A stretch of 64,000 nt of DNA from Marsupella aquatica (lineage: Eukaryota > Plantae > Marchantiophyta). This document shows positions 30,366-43,957 of this stretch, piece by piece (the first letter of the stretch is position 1; each line of letters opens with the position of its first letter). The notes below the pieces were generated by a model. It had not been told where the DNA came from, searched no databases, and saw nothing but the letters and a program-made list of their open reading frames with translations. Position numbers and translations under genes: made by a program. The stretch covers positions 13,484,330 to 13,548,329 of the forward strand of contig OZ316898.1 of assembly GCA_973895155.1 (NCBI GenBank), given 5' to 3'.

Positions 30366-31825
30366 TCGGTCGCTTCAAACAGCTTTTCTCTTTGTTTTCC
30401 TCGCACGAGGCACTAGAGAATGGATCGAGCAGAAGCGATGATGCCACGATCATCGCCGTCAGATTCAATTGCCACGATGCCGTCAGATTCAATTGCCACT
30501 GTTTTGATTGGGTGAGAGGAGAGGAGAGAGCGATGGAGTTGTAACGGATGAATTGGAGACTTGTATGGAGTTCGTCTTGAGGTGGGGACGATAACTTGAT
30601 CGAATTTTGTTAGTCGGTGTTCTCTGTGAGCTTTCTGGTTCCAGATGAACTTAGCTTCCGCATGTTAGAGTTCTTCTTTCTACATAACATTCCAACTATA
30701 CGCTTGCGCATCAGTAATTACTACATTGAGCAACTGCTTGTATGACGACCCTATTGCAGGGTCCTGCACTGCGTCATTGTTCGCATTTTATCTGCATTCT
30801 CTGCATTTAGCTGCCCTGCTCGACTCTGGCATTTGAACTGTATAAAACATCGTCTTGAGGTGTTTCTCTCCCGCTGTTTGTCTGTGTTATCTTGAACACA
30901 ATTTCAATCAATGTTCACTTTGGTAAATGAGGGAGCTATGACTTTCATAAGACGATACGGGGCCTGTGTTTGCATGGTTCCGATTCTTGATTCTGTATGC
31001 CATGCACAAGCTCGGCAGACCATTTGGGAACGATAGCTGCTGTAAAGTCTAATTGCAGGTAAGGAACGTGCCAGCTCTGATGCTTGGAGTCAAGTGCGTT
31101 GGCCCCTGTTTCCATCTGCTGTTTGCAATTATGGCTACCGTGGCACTAATCAGAAACAACTTTGGCGCAAGAATTTTCGCTCATTCGTGAGAATTTCCTC
31201 ATCGCCTTTCAGTCTGGAAACCTGTTGTCTGAAAACCTTTCTGCTGAAACCCACTGGGTTCGTCAATTGGATCTTTGGTGAGCTGTCTTGCTTTCGGTCC
31301 CTCCCTGTGTGTTTAAAGCCCTCGATTCAATATGGGATCGATCTGAAGGTTTTCTGACAATGGAGGTTTAATCCTTACATTTGGACTTCATTCTGATGAT
31401 GATTTGGACTTCGGTCCAGATCACTGGGGAGCTGAATGGTAGTTCTCCCCGATAAGACGGGATGCTCGCAAGAGTTCGCGAAACTCCAAGACATGCTCTT
31501 CAGTGTCACCAGGAAACTTTCAGAAAGACTTAGAAGGTAGGAAGGTGCAGAGCTTGAATGTACAGTAGATGTGACAGCAATCAGCATATCACACATGGAA
31601 ACATGATCAAATCATGGAAAACAGCCTCCAGCACATCAATGCACGCAATCCCTTGCCTTGGTATCTTCCAACTCTATAATTCAACCAGCCGCTTCTGCCT
31701 TCTAGGTTGTGTTGCTTTGCAAGCTTCTCGGGTTAATCAAAATGTACAAACAGACGTTTCCTATGGATAAGTAAGCCGAATTTTTTCGCCGTTCCCTTCT
31801 TTTCCTTCTCTTGCGATTGTGGCAG

Positions 31826-33862
31826 GGGTTCTCTAAACAAGACCCTGATGAATTGTGGAAGGAGTCCATCATGGGTTATCAATGGAGACCATGTGCCGTC
31901 AACTGAACTGCTGTCCATGTTGGTGAGCTACATCTACTCCCTTCCCTCCTTGAAGCAAACTGCCTGTTTTGCAACTTGACACTCTCAAAGGTACGAAATG
32001 TGAAGGATTTTGAACTCCTGCCAATCACAGTATTTTCCATCCACTGAGATTCTGAGAAGCTTAATCACTCATGCTCCCTCGTCCGTTCGTTTCATGTGTG
32101 TAAAAGAAATTGAAATTGTAATGAAGGCAATTGAGAATCTCCCGTTAACTGATAAACCGATATCCACTTTCTACTGCAGCAGCTCCAGAACCCCAACAAA
32201 GCTCTGGGTACATTATGGTCACTGCAGATGGGACTTACGTCAGCAAAGAGTTGCCGTGAGTCTTTGCAAATCTTTTATGCCATCTTACAAGCATCCCGTT
32301 TTGCATATATAGATTTGAATGTGAATTTGTTTATAAGTGAGAACTTTATGGGCCCTTAACTACTGTTCGTGAAAAGGCTGAAAATTTAAGCGAAGGTTTG
32401 CGGAGCATCATGGACCTTGAGAGCCCAAATTATGTGAAGCATTGGATATATTCGAAGAAGGCGCTTTCAACCTTCTTTCATTCACCCCGTAAATAGTGTC
32501 GTGCTTTAGCTTTTGCCAATTCTGTTGCAGATTTGCAATGTGGTCGCTGTGGCTCGTTTGTTGAATGCCGGTGAAGCCAGAATTTTTGGTCGGCAGTGTC
32601 TGGGGGGATACCAGGGAGCTTTCTATAAACATGCAGTTCTGTTTTATGTACTCTAGGTTTGGCTAGTAGCTGTTGGCAGCGACGAGATGGAGAGAATTCT
32701 ACATGGACTGTTTTTAGGCCGTGTTATGGCAGTTCTACAACAGTCCATTGTTATTTAGATATACCTGCTCTTCTAATTGTAACCCAGATAGTCTTGAAAT
32801 TTTGGTGTAGTTAACGAAAATGGTCACTTAAAATGGTCAGGGGAGTGATGGATAAGCTTATGCGTACCTCAAGTAATATAAATAAAGAGTGGATTAATGA
32901 AATGATTCTATAAGTTTTGTATGGAGCAGTAGCGATATATACGAGAAGACCGACTTCATTCAGTACTTGAAGATGACGCTCACATTTTATCTGAACTTCC
33001 CGTGGAGCTACAATCATTAGATCTTGCAATTATGTGCAGCATTGTAAGTGCGGATTACGTCTCCTGTTGCTTTGAAAGCTGCAAGGAAATTCTCAACCTT
33101 CCATTTCCGTTTCCATTTCCACTTGGATATGCTGTACTACATCTGCTTAGGCAGAGTCCATTAGCTACGTTGTGACTTTGCTGCAACCACACTAGATGCA
33201 GTTTTCTTCCGGCTCACTCAGGTCCGCAGGGAGTCACAACCAAGCTACAACGTTGTCTTCATCCAGACGGTTCGGCTAATTCTACAATGTATCGTGTCGT
33301 GTAATTTGTTGGCTTCGAGAATGCATTCTCATTCGATCCCATACCTTTTGGCATTCAGGTAACCTCGTAGAGTACTGGATTGGAGTTGTCGACAGGATAG
33401 ACTCAAGAGTCTAGAATATTGAATGTTCATATAAAATGTGGCTTCACGGTTTTCTGTATGTCCAGAGGCTGCGCTGTCGCTGCAACTATCACACAAACCA
33501 CACATCAGAGAAGCCGCGAGAAGGTATGATCAGACGAATGAGAGCTAAGAGCCTTCGTTGGGGACCAATCGAGGGACCAATAGACAACTGATTGTCTTAT
33601 CAACTCTCAACAGTTGAGGAACAACTGATGGTGATAGGGATACTCCAAACAGTATAGAATCTGGTCACTTGTTCAAGTAGATGAACAGGTGGAGCTAAGT
33701 GGCAGTGCCCCAATCAAATACCTGGATCTGCATTTGAGATTTGAGATGGATACGGTTGCCCTTCGTTTGCGAATTTGGTGGGGGTGAAGCAGAGAAACAG
33801 GAGCTCGCAGCACATAGAACGATTCATTTCCCACCACTCTCAAACTATCAGGAAAATGGCAA
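31826..33862 (+). pseudogene. Unprocessed pseudogene of a GT106/O-fucosyltransferase-family glycosyltransferase (FRB1/RRT-like)
   Basis: Exon relics in the expected order: 31826-31922 ELWKESIMGYQWRPCA; 32180-32255 SSGYIMVTADG/LRQQRVA; 32531-32614 ICNVVAVARLLNA/VKPEFLVGSVWGDT; ~32930-33043 SDIYEKTDFIQYL/DDAHILSELPVELQSLDL; 33222-33358 RVV*FVGFENAFSFDPIPFGIQ; 33466-33862 RLRCRCNYH...KYLDLHLRFEMDTVA/CEFGGGEAEKQELAAHRTIHFP. There are multiple frameshifts and stops, and a GG instead of a GT donor at 32615. Confidence 0.9.
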
Positions 33863-36099
33863 GTAATTACTCACTGTGCTCTTGCGTGTGTTGATGGGCT
33901 CACATTACTGCTGACGGCGATGGCTTTTTAAAAGTTCATTCACAAAGTCCCCTATCTTATTCATTATGCCAGGCTAGTGTCTAGAGAACCAACTACCACA
34001 CAGTGTAGATATCAGAAAAGAAAGGTAGTCGTTTCTGATATGTTTTCAGTCAAAGGATCTTACTGTCTAGCACTGGAAATCATTATGTGGATCGGACGTA
34101 GATCCCTGGAACAAAATTGTCCTCGTCAGACTACTGGACGTTAGAGCTAATACTCTCTTTCTTTGTCTCTATAAGTCATATGATATACACGCTGATCATA
34201 TTTTCTGTGTAGGAATTCGACTTGTTTGTATTCTAATGTGGCTTAAGAAACACTTGACTCTGGACAAGCTGAGGAACGACCATGAATGAAGTGAAGGTAA
34301 TTGTCAATGATGTTTTCTGAACCAGATTCAATCTATTGGGCAGCATCATTCCCTTCTTCCAAGTCACTAGTAGTAGTGCAGGTCCAAAGTAAAATGGACA
34401 AAGTCACTTCACGTGCCTGAGGCTACTATAAAGCCCCTGCAAGTCTCATTAGAGATATAGCTCATGAAAGAAGGGAAGACGGGCAAATATTGTAAACTAT
34501 GTTTCCTAGTTCATATATTTATTCTCAGGCAAGGAGCCAAAAATTCCTCACTCTTGTACCTCATCGTTCTAAATGTGGACATGATTCAGGCTAGCTCTAC
34601 TGACTGAAATTTTGCTTTAAGCTTACATTCTTTTGTTTTCTATTGTTTTGATGGGGAATGACTATTGACGCACTACGAATGGTTTTTAATGTTCTTGCTC
34701 TGGCACTAAATTTTTCTTGCCTGTTGGGAGGCTGGGGCTTAGACTTCTACTAGGTCCCTCGCTGTTTCTCACCTTGGATCCATACTAGGACTGGAACGAT
34801 AGGTATAGTCAGACCTGTGGAGTTGGGTGTGCCTGTGGGCCAAAATAGTAGTGTGTAGGCTATGGCATACTTTTCCATTGGGTACAATTTTCTTATGGCC
34901 TCACACCTTTTACACTAACGGTTGTCTAGCTACATCAACTTTCGTCGCGATATAAGTCCGCTCTGGCATGGACACACGTGCTAATGAGTTTTCTGGACAG
35001 CCGTGATAAAGCGGGAAAATTTGAGCATATGCCCTTTTCTGAAAGCGTCAAGCACTGTTCTCACCTCGAAACAGACCTTGGTCTGTCTTTTTGGAACCAA
35101 ATGAATTAGTAACCCAGCCCTTTACCTTATCTCATTTCCCATCCATTCAGAATCTGCTTTCTGTCAAGCGTCAAGTACAGTACCTCGATACGCACCTTGG
35201 TCGGTCATTTTGGACGAATCAGTAAGCCGACCCTTTACATTGAGACAGCTGAAAGGGCCAAAATAATTCGTGATATATAAAACATTTCGGCTATCGAATT
35301 GCATTTGGATGAGCGATATGAAGCATATGCTCTCCATGAACCCAGACAATTCGAACATTTTCATGTTTCAATGTAGGATTTGATCAGGTAGCGGTTCTCC
35401 CCTCATTCATTCATCCGATTCACTTTAAAATATTGCCAAGTTGCCAATTGCCACACAAGCTCACGTAACTCGCGGATTGAAATAGGCAAATACTAGCTCA
35501 TGGACAACGCGCATTTCCCCGGAACAGCTTTTGTGCTGCCTGTACAATCTTGGCGTGGTAAATTAAGAAGATTGACTGCAAGTCGTGTGTGCACTACTTC
35601 AGTCAAATCATCTGGAAAACGCCAAGGGAGAATTTCTTTCCCAGTGGACCAAGCTCATGTACCCACGATTACGAAGATAATAACAAACTACAGTTGCGTG
35701 CCAAACCAAACTTTCACGTGGTATGGAAAGTTTAGGAAGTACTCAATCCATTTGCGTTGCGAGAAATTGTCGTTATTTTCCTGATTTTGACCAAATCTCA
35801 CTCTCCTGCTTCCAATTATCCACAGCTCGCTACAGTTGTGGACCTGTCTGCAATGCTTCCCAGATGACCACGTGTTGGATCCCCGAATTTCTACATTTCT
35901 TATTACTTTGCGTCTGTTTCGATTCATTCCTGAGGCGTCTCATCGATCTATGACTCTTTTCAATACAGGATTTCTTGTAGACAGTTGTCTTTCGAAAGAA
36001 GGTCGCAGTTCTGTTTTCTACCGCCATCGCAACCCAACCCATGGAAGAGAGGACCAATTTGCCTTCTCCCAGACCTCCCTCCCGAAGCAGTCAACGAGA

Positions 36100-36225
36100 C
36101 TGTAGAAATCAAGAATTCGTCACTTACAAAGAAGATCAGCATTGTAGAAACCCAGAATTCGTCAGTTTCAAAGAAAATCACCGTTGTACAAATCCAGAAT
36201 TCGTGAGTTACAAAGAAGAAGCAAG
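36100..36225. repeat. 42-bp tandem repeat x3
   Basis: tgtagaaa.c.agaattcgtcag/ctt.caaagaa recurs. Confidence 0.8.
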
Positions 36226-36367
36226 AATCTGGAAGTCAACATGAGCGCCAATTTTTGCCAAACTTGGCTTCCATAGGTTTTGTGTCTTCCTTTTGCACAC
36301 TTTTCACCTAGCCACCACACACCCAATAGGGAATGTCACAACGCGGCGGTAAATGAGGACATAAACT

Positions 36368-37020
36368 AATTTTATGGCAATGTTTTGACACTCTGTATTA
36401 ATAACTTATTCCGTTAGCCTAGCTCAAGGACGTAAAATAATTTATGATTATCTACAGTATTTAGGTCCTCTCTACAGATCAGACATCCAAAAAATCACAA
36501 TAATAAAACTTTGCATATGGCAATGGGGGATATAACATAATTTTATGGTACTGTTTTTTTTTTGCCTTGAACCCAAAAGTTGCCTTGAAACCAAAAGTTG
36601 ACCCATGCAATAGAGGATAGACGATCAACTTGGAGCATGCATCTCTGTAGGGTAGCCCACAAGGGGGGTCCTCCCCAGGACCAGGAGGGAGAAAGGGTTG
36701 GACCAGAGCCCAAAACGGAGCAGCCAGGGTTGAGGCGAAACCAATACTCCCACTCACACACCACACCCTTGCATCCACTGTTTATGGCAATGCAGGATAT
36801 AAAATATTTGTATGGCAATGTTTTGACTCTCCGTATTAATAGCTTCTTCCATTGGCCTGGCTTCCAGGGTATGCTGAAGCACGTAAAATAATTTTATGGT
36901 TATCTGTTTAAGTGCTCTCTATGGATCAGACATCCAAAAAATCACGAGAGTCAAAATTTGTTTATGGCAATGGTTTGACACATTCTATTAATAACTTCTT
37001 CCAATAACCTAGCTTCCACC
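36368..37020. repeat. Dispersed ~150-bp direct repeats (2 full copies plus 1 partial)
   Basis: tatggcaatgttttgac.ctc.gtattaata.ctt.ttcc...cgtaaaataat...gatcagacatccaaaaaatcac near 36372 and 36811, with a partial copy near 36962. Confidence 0.8.
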
Positions 37021-37579
37021 TAGCCACAGACCCCAATAGCCAGAATCCAGCACTTATTCTTAAAGTAAAATATATTACATTGATATTCATTTTTGTCAAA
37101 TTAAATACAATGCAACTCTTTTTAGTTTAATACTACCTTTGTCACTTTTGGGGAAACCTTTTTCCATGGCTGATTGGCTGGTTAGGTGAATAATTCTAGG
37201 TAGTTTTGGAATTATTGATGGTCAGCATCCTACTTGTTTTCATCATGGAATAATGTCATCTACTTTAACCAAATAATTCCAAAATGAAATTATACAATAG
37301 AGGAGATAAGGACAAGGAAAGATGAAGATAAGGACATGAAATTTTAAAATCGATGAAGACAGACTGAGGCACTCTTTTCCTTTTGGTCTCATAGCATAGT
37401 GGACACACTCTTTCTTTCAATACTACCAATCATGTGTAAAACATTTTCATATTATTTTTTACAGGCAATAAACAGCATGAATGGTCATGTTTGACGAAAA
37501 TTATTAGACCCCCATCCGCTTAAAAAGTCAGAAATTCAAATCCGTTATCTATTACCCACTGTCAATTAGTATTACTAGA

Positions 37580-37920
37580 TTCATCTTTCATTAAAGGGAA
37601 AAATGTCACAAACTTTCATTAAGTGGAAAGATTGCCACAATTTTCATTAAAAGGAAATGATCACTGGTTAACCTGTTGCTAAAATTTTCCCTTGGAATTC
37701 CATTCATGTAATGTTTTTTTACAAGGTCGAGTAAATGATCTTTCCCTAAGAATTCAATGCACCTCGAAAATTAAAAAACGTTTCCCACCAATAAATTGTC
37801 CCTAAAAAAGACTTAAAAAAGTTCAGCAGTAAATAATGTTCTCCGAAGAATCCAATGCACATATAAACTTTAAGAGACCCAGCAGTAAATAATCCTCTCG
37901 GAAGAATCCAATGCATGCAT
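37580..37920. repeat. Short tandem repeats (~28-bp x3; agtaaat...aagaat.caatgca x3)
   Basis: tttcattaa..ggaaa..tg.cac occurs three times. agtaaat.at...aagaat.caatgca also occurs three times. Confidence 0.7.
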
Positions 37921-39239
37921 GTTTAGTGGTCATAAATTCAGTTACAATTTTATGCATATCACATGATCTTTGGTACTCTCTACAGTACATTCAATTAACT
38001 GCAGATACCCGTGAAAATTGGAGAAAAGCACGGAGTAATGGACAATTGGGCATTGGCGGAGCTTACCAAGTCACACTCCCACTGCTACTACTGAGCTGAC
38101 AGCGAGCGTACCACATTAGCATAATGTTTAATGTTTTTTCTTGTCTCTTTGTCTACTCAATTAGTACATTGACATCTTCTTCCACGACCACTGTAATTAA
38201 ACAAGCTACTGTAACCCTAGCTAGCTTAAATTATGTTAAGAGGACGGTCAACATTTGACCAGGTTTGACCAGGTTTCACTATTGAAGAGGCATCCATGTC
38301 CTTTATCCTAACTGCAGCACCCTTAATTACAGACTTTGGGATATCTCTTACTTACTTTGCAGTTGCCCCCACCTCCCTCCTGGTACTCCCTGCCCCCTGG
38401 TCAAGCATGAGAGAGGGAGTAGAGTTTTGAGTTGACAGTGACAAGGGTAGGATGATGAAAACCTGTTGGATCATTTCAAACTAAGCAGATTGACTTTGGT
38501 TAGCTAGCCATGAAAAATGGTGGAAATATAGTAAGTAAACAAAAGAGAGTACAAAATAGAGTGGCCATGTTGTGTGGCCAACGTCACCTTGTGTGAAGGA
38601 GAAAATTCTAAGAAGGTTCTATATCAGATTTTACTAGATTAATTTCGAGGGTCAGATCTCCCTAGATTAGAGGATGACCGTGGTCTGTGAATAGGTAGGA
38701 AACTAGCTAATGGATAACAACAAATTTCATTTTGGTCAAACGTGACAAACCCTCTCAGAGATGGAATCTAGTGGATTTTTGTCACTTTCAAAAAATGGTT
38801 GTACGACATATACAGTATCTCAAGCAAACATATGAGAGAAGTTTTCTAGTGGGGCGTCTCAATCTACAAGAAATCTGGGGAATTGTTTCTAATCATAGCA
38901 TTGACCCTAACTATTTTTGTCATCATGTGAATGTTTTCTACTTCTGTTTTCTCGTGCCCAGCCACATCTGTTAATAACAAAAAGTTACAGAAAGCAGATT
39001 TTGAAGTCCATGACGGTTGTATCCATTTTATAATACCATTTGGGGAAGGTTGCAACCTTATAGTGAGGTAACGAGGATGAAAATTTTGCAACTTTGAGAA
39101 CCCCTATAGTGCCTAAGATTGCTCATTAATAGGTTTGTTCCTGTGGGTTGAAGAATGACTATGCCGTATGCGATTGCCCTGTTGGACGTGTCTGACTGTA
39201 GATTGGTAGATGCAATGAACACTATAAAGAACTAAAAGG

Positions 39240-40280
39240 GCAAACCGGGCAACAAGATTCCTATGGTAAGAGATGCAATAATATCACACTGTCTGCCGGA
39301 AAATAGAAAGTGGGAGACGGGATCCCTAAGGTATGAGACCCCAAAAAGGGGAGAAAATATAAGAAAAACCCGAAGAATTTCAAAAACGAGAGTCTCAGAG
39401 AATGGCAAAGGAACTAAAACCCTTCGCTCATTGTAAAGTAAAAGCCTGAGAAAGTGCAGGATTGTAAGCTAACACGAGAGTCACTGCAGGAGGGGAGAGC
39501 CCCACACAATGGCCCCAGGAACTAAGGCCCTACTCAGTACACTAAAAGTAAACTAAAAGCCTCATAACGCTCTGGCAGAGTCCCCACAAAATGGCACGAA
39601 CTAAAAGACTCATACTGCAGGAACTAAAGCCCTACTGAATAGTAAACTAAAAGCCTCATAAAGCTGTGAGAAAGTCCCCACACGACTGCACAATCTAAAA
39701 GCCTCATAAAGCTGTGAGAGAGTCCCCACACGACTGCACAAACTAAAAGCCTCATAAAGCTGTGAGATTGTCCCCACACAACTGCACAAACTGAAGGCCT
39801 CATAATGCTCTGGGAGAGTCCCCCACAATGGCACAGGAACTAAAGCCTTGCTCAAAAGCAAACTAAAAGCCTCATAAAGCTCAAGGATGGCAAAAGTCAG
39901 CTACTACGGGATATATATCACAATGCCAAGCCGGGACACACAATCCCATAGGCAAAAAGATCCAATAAAGGGTGGGAGACTGGAAAGACCCCAAGGAGAC
40001 CAAAGAGGGTCAACAAGCCGAGGAGTGCCCCACAATAGCTAAAAGGTAATTACAAAGTTGAGGACTAAAAACCCTACTGGGCGAAGAATTGAAAAACCTT
40101 CTAGACCTCCAAAGCAAATGCCATAGGAGGGTCACTAGAGAAAAAAATTGGGGGGAAATTGAAAAACCTAGTAGAGTTCCAAAGCAAAGAGCATAGGAGG
40201 GTCACTAGAGCAAATGGGGGTGGGGGAATGAAAAACCTGGTAGAGCTCCAAAGCAAAGGGCATAAGAAGGTCACTAGAGA
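39240..40280. repeat. Purine-rich repeat array including a 48-bp tandem unit (>=4 copies)
   Basis: aaactaaaagcctcataaagctgtgagagagtccccacacgactgcac is repeated across 39644-39830. tagagttccaaagcaaa..gcatagga gggtcactagag occurs three times at 40100-40280. Confidence 0.88.
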
Positions 40281-40319
40281 ATATTGTATCAAGCCTGCAT
40301 GCTGCCAGCCTGGGCTGGA

Positions 40320-40520
40320 TCTGGTGCTATGAACGAGCAAGCTACAGAGAGGAGTGCAGAGAAGAGCAGAGAATCTGGTGCTATGAATGAGCAAGATGCG
40401 CAGAGGTGAAGAGAGCAGAGGAGACTAGAGTAGAGCAGAACAGCACAGAACAGAACAGAACAGAATCAGGTGCTATGAATGAGCAAGCCTGCACAGAGGA
40501 GTGCAGAGAGGAGAGCTATG
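40320..40520. repeat. atctggtgctatgaa.gagcaag x3 with a (CAGAA)n tract
   Basis: Directly visible at ~40320, ~40373 and ~40465, with gaacagaacagaacagaa between them. Confidence 0.8.
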
Positions 40521-42618
40521 GACTGTGGAAAAGGACATCACACTCTGTCTCATCTATTTTTTTCCACCAAGAAAGACATAACAGATGACGTCTGAGCACT
40601 GAGAGGGCAAAGCATAACGGCCAACGAGTCCCCTGTCTGGAGCTGCAAGCTATGGATCGGCTGACGAGGCCTGAATGTCTTATTCTCCGGTGAGAATGAT
40701 GAAGGAGGGGCACTGGGGCAGGGTCAGCGATGGAGCGAATTATGATGGCAGGGCATGAGGGCAGAGCACGGCAGCAGGGTCAAGGTAGGACACGCAAAGA
40801 GCCAGGGAGGCAGCAGTAGCAGGAGCTCCTGCCTCTGGTCCTACAGGAGCAGGAGCAGCAGCAGCAGCAACAGCAGCTGATGAAGTTCAAAGCCGTGCTT
40901 TCTGGCGATTGAATTCGTGTTGCTGTCGTGTTGTTCACAATCATGGGTAGTAGAGTAGCTCCTTGATTTAAAGATTCCAGAGACGGATGTGGGTTTTTAC
41001 TCTAGTAAGTTGTCCGTTGCCATCTCTCTCTGTCGCTCCCTCTATCTCACATTCTCACAAGCATTTCACAATTCGAGCAGAGACAAATTCCACTTCCCGC
41101 CGGCAGCCTAGCCTGGTCCTCCTCTCCCTCCCTCCCCTCGTCCACTTTGCCACAAGAGGGGCCTGGCTTTCCGTCCCTCTCTCTCTTCTTTTATATCGGG
41201 TGGTCGGGCAAAGATAGCACTGTACTGTATGAATTTAGTCCATTGAGTTGCTTTTATCCATCGACGTGTGTTCTAGCTGGCAGAAGAGAGATCCTCCACA
41301 CGACCCGTCTCTTGTGTCTCGGCACTTCTCAAGCCTGAAGTCTGTTCTTCCCTTTCTTGTTCCATGCCCGGACCTTGTTCGGTTGGATAACTGTTGAGGT
41401 GGATAACTGTTCAAGAAGGAAGTCTCTCCTCTCCTCTCCTCTCCTCTCCTCTCCACAGTTGCTGGCCTTTAATGGACCTTCGCTCTTCCTCCTATTGAAA
41501 GAAACTTCTGATGTGCCAGCTTTCTTCGGTGCCGGGATTGTCGACGCTCTTCTAAGTTTGACGCGCAACACTTGACAAGGTAATGGACAGAGTCTGTAAT
41601 GCAGCTGAGAAATGTCTGGTTCGAGTGTAGGTTGTTGTGTTGATGATTCGAGTCATGTAATCTAATAAGACGATACCGCATTGCATCGGCTTGCGGGTCA
41701 CTCGTGAACGGGTGGACACGCCTCGAATTTTGGTTTCCTCATTGAATAGCGCGTCGTTTTCTAGGGCACTTGTTTTGTGAATTTTGAGAGAATGCGGTAG
41801 AGAACTTTCTTTGTTGGGCTTTGGCGAGCATTTCCCGCTCAATCTGTTGAAAAAGTGTCCGCAATCACTGCCACTGATTTAGGTCGTCTACCTGCTGTTG
41901 GACTTACAGCGGGTCGGCTTTCGTTGTTTTAGCTTAGCTCATCTAGTTCGCTTTTTGACATAATCTTGGTAGGATTTCTGTCCCCGCGGCTAGTTCGTCG
42001 CTTTTAGTGTGGTCTTGTGCCTTCCGCAAATCCGAAACAGATGCAGCTGCAGCTACACGATTCGTAGTTACCCCAGCTGCGTCCGCTGGACCGCTTGACT
42101 ACACTCGAACCTCGAATTGCAATCCTTAGCAACTGAACAAATTTTCGTTTGCAATCTGGAAGAGGATGTAGATGTGAATGAGGTGATGTTTGCAGCTACT
42201 CTTAGACAAGTAGGTGGCCGGATGAAATAGCTTAACCGAAATCATTCTTACTCTAGCGGTCTTGGTCTTGCATCCCAGGTAAAATTGCACTAAGAGTCGC
42301 AGAACCTGTCAGCACAGTATTCTTCTTGGTGAAGGCAGGCTTGCACTCGGCGAGGCTTAGCGAAGGACTCACCCACCACCCACCGGAGTACAGGAGAATG
42401 AAGGTGAAGTGTCAGTGGAGATAAGAGTATTGAAAAGCTCCAAGAGGTGTGAGAGTAGGAAGGGGGGTGAAGAAAGATTGCATATAAGAGGAGCAGCGCT
42501 GGAGCGTGCAACGAGAGTAGCGGTAGGGAGCAGCACTGGGAACATCAGTACTAGTTGCTTGAGCAAGGATTATTATTCATACGCGTCTTGGAGAAGAGCA
42601 GTAGCAGTAGGGGATGCC

Positions 42619-43957
42619 ATGGATTGTTGCCTATGCAGTTCCACCGGGAACTCATACCGGCCGCCGCGCAACACAATCTGCATAAGTTGCTTCGATGGGG
42701 CGCGGCTGCTGCTGGATTTGGCTAGGCAGCTGGAGCAGGATTGGCGAGATGACATGGAGGTGGATAAGCCGAGAGCCCTCGTGACCAGACAGGGCTTGTG
42801 CTTCGCCTACAAGCAGATGAAACAGCTGGAGGGCATTGAAGAGGAGGCATCCGAAAAGCTGGAGTTCCTTGAGTCCATCGTCCAGGCTTTCCGGGATGAA
42901 ATTCACGCTGACGTTGACCTTGTTACTAATGATGGCCTCTCTCTCAAAGCCCACCGTGTCGTCATGGTGAGCTTGCTTCCCCACAGTTTTGGAACACCCG
43001 TTCCAATTGCTATCTTAGAAAGCTTGTGTAGGGTCCTCACGTTGGACCATCATGTTACCTTGACTTCATGTCGCCTTTGTGTTTTTATTTTATGGGTTGT
43101 CCAGTTTTTAATTGTCTGTTGGGTTGCACTCTCCCTCTCCTGTGGTTTGCTGCTCTGGCGGTCCTGAATGTTCGTTGTTTCTCCAAGTCATCAGCATACT
43201 GAAGTCTTCCGCGTTCTTCATCTCGTGACTCTCGGACGAAGGAAGAACGTGCATTGAGTAGTTTCCTCATTGTTGTAGTACTAACTTAAGTAAGCTTGCA
43301 GCAATCTTCAAATGGCAACGGATCTTCACAGAATTAGCCATCTCCTTGTACTTGCCGTCGAGTTGAAACATGAGGTTATCTCTCATGCATGCTCTTGTCT
43401 AAAGACACAAGAAGCGCATAATTTCTACCTACTCTTCCCTCTCTTTTGTCTCACTATAGGCTCCTTGACCTAACTCATTATTGATTGGTGAAAATGGTGT
43501 CTGTGCAATGCAGGCAACGAAGTCGCCAGTTTTCAAAGCCATGTTCGAGGCCGATGAAATGAAGGAACCTCATACAGGAGCAGTGCACATTCAGGAGCTG
43601 AGCCACGATCAACTAAAGTACCTACTTGAGTTTCTGTACTGTGCCCATATTCCTGATGAGAAATTGGCCCAGCACTCTCACGCCCTGTTGATAGCCGCTG
43701 ACAAATATGACATTCCAGTCCTCAGTAAAGTTTGTGAGGCCTACATTGCCACAACTGTGTCTCCATTTAACGTGTTGGAGATCTTGGAGCTGGCGACTCT
43801 TTGCTCTGCGTCTTCACTGAAAGACACTGCCATCAATGTCATCTTGAAAAGCTACGAAGTGATTGTCTTCTCGAAGGAGTACGAAGACTTTGCAATGAAG
43901 AATGCCCTTCTGGCAGTAGAGATCACCAAGGCTTTGGTTCGTGACTTTAAGAAATAG
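42619..43957 (+). CDS. BTB/POZ-domain protein with N-terminal Cys motif (At3g56230-like), ~263 aa, 2 exons
   Basis: N-terminus MDCCLC...RPPRNTICISCFDGAR; BTB motifs ADVDLVTNDGLSLKAHRVVMATKSPVFKAMF, LLEFLY and LLIAADKYDI. Exons 42619-42966 and 43514-43957 splice in frame. Confidence 0.92.

Noticed and set aside
30995-31020. Weak similarity to a miR536-like complementary site
   Set aside because: Requires several gaps and mismatches, and there is no precursor hairpin
31400-31423. 10-bp hairpin with a C(UUCG)G tetraloop and nearby TGATGA/CTGA boxes
   Set aside because: Isolated, probably within the 5' part of the GT106 pseudogene, and the box spacing is too short for a convincing C/D snoRNA
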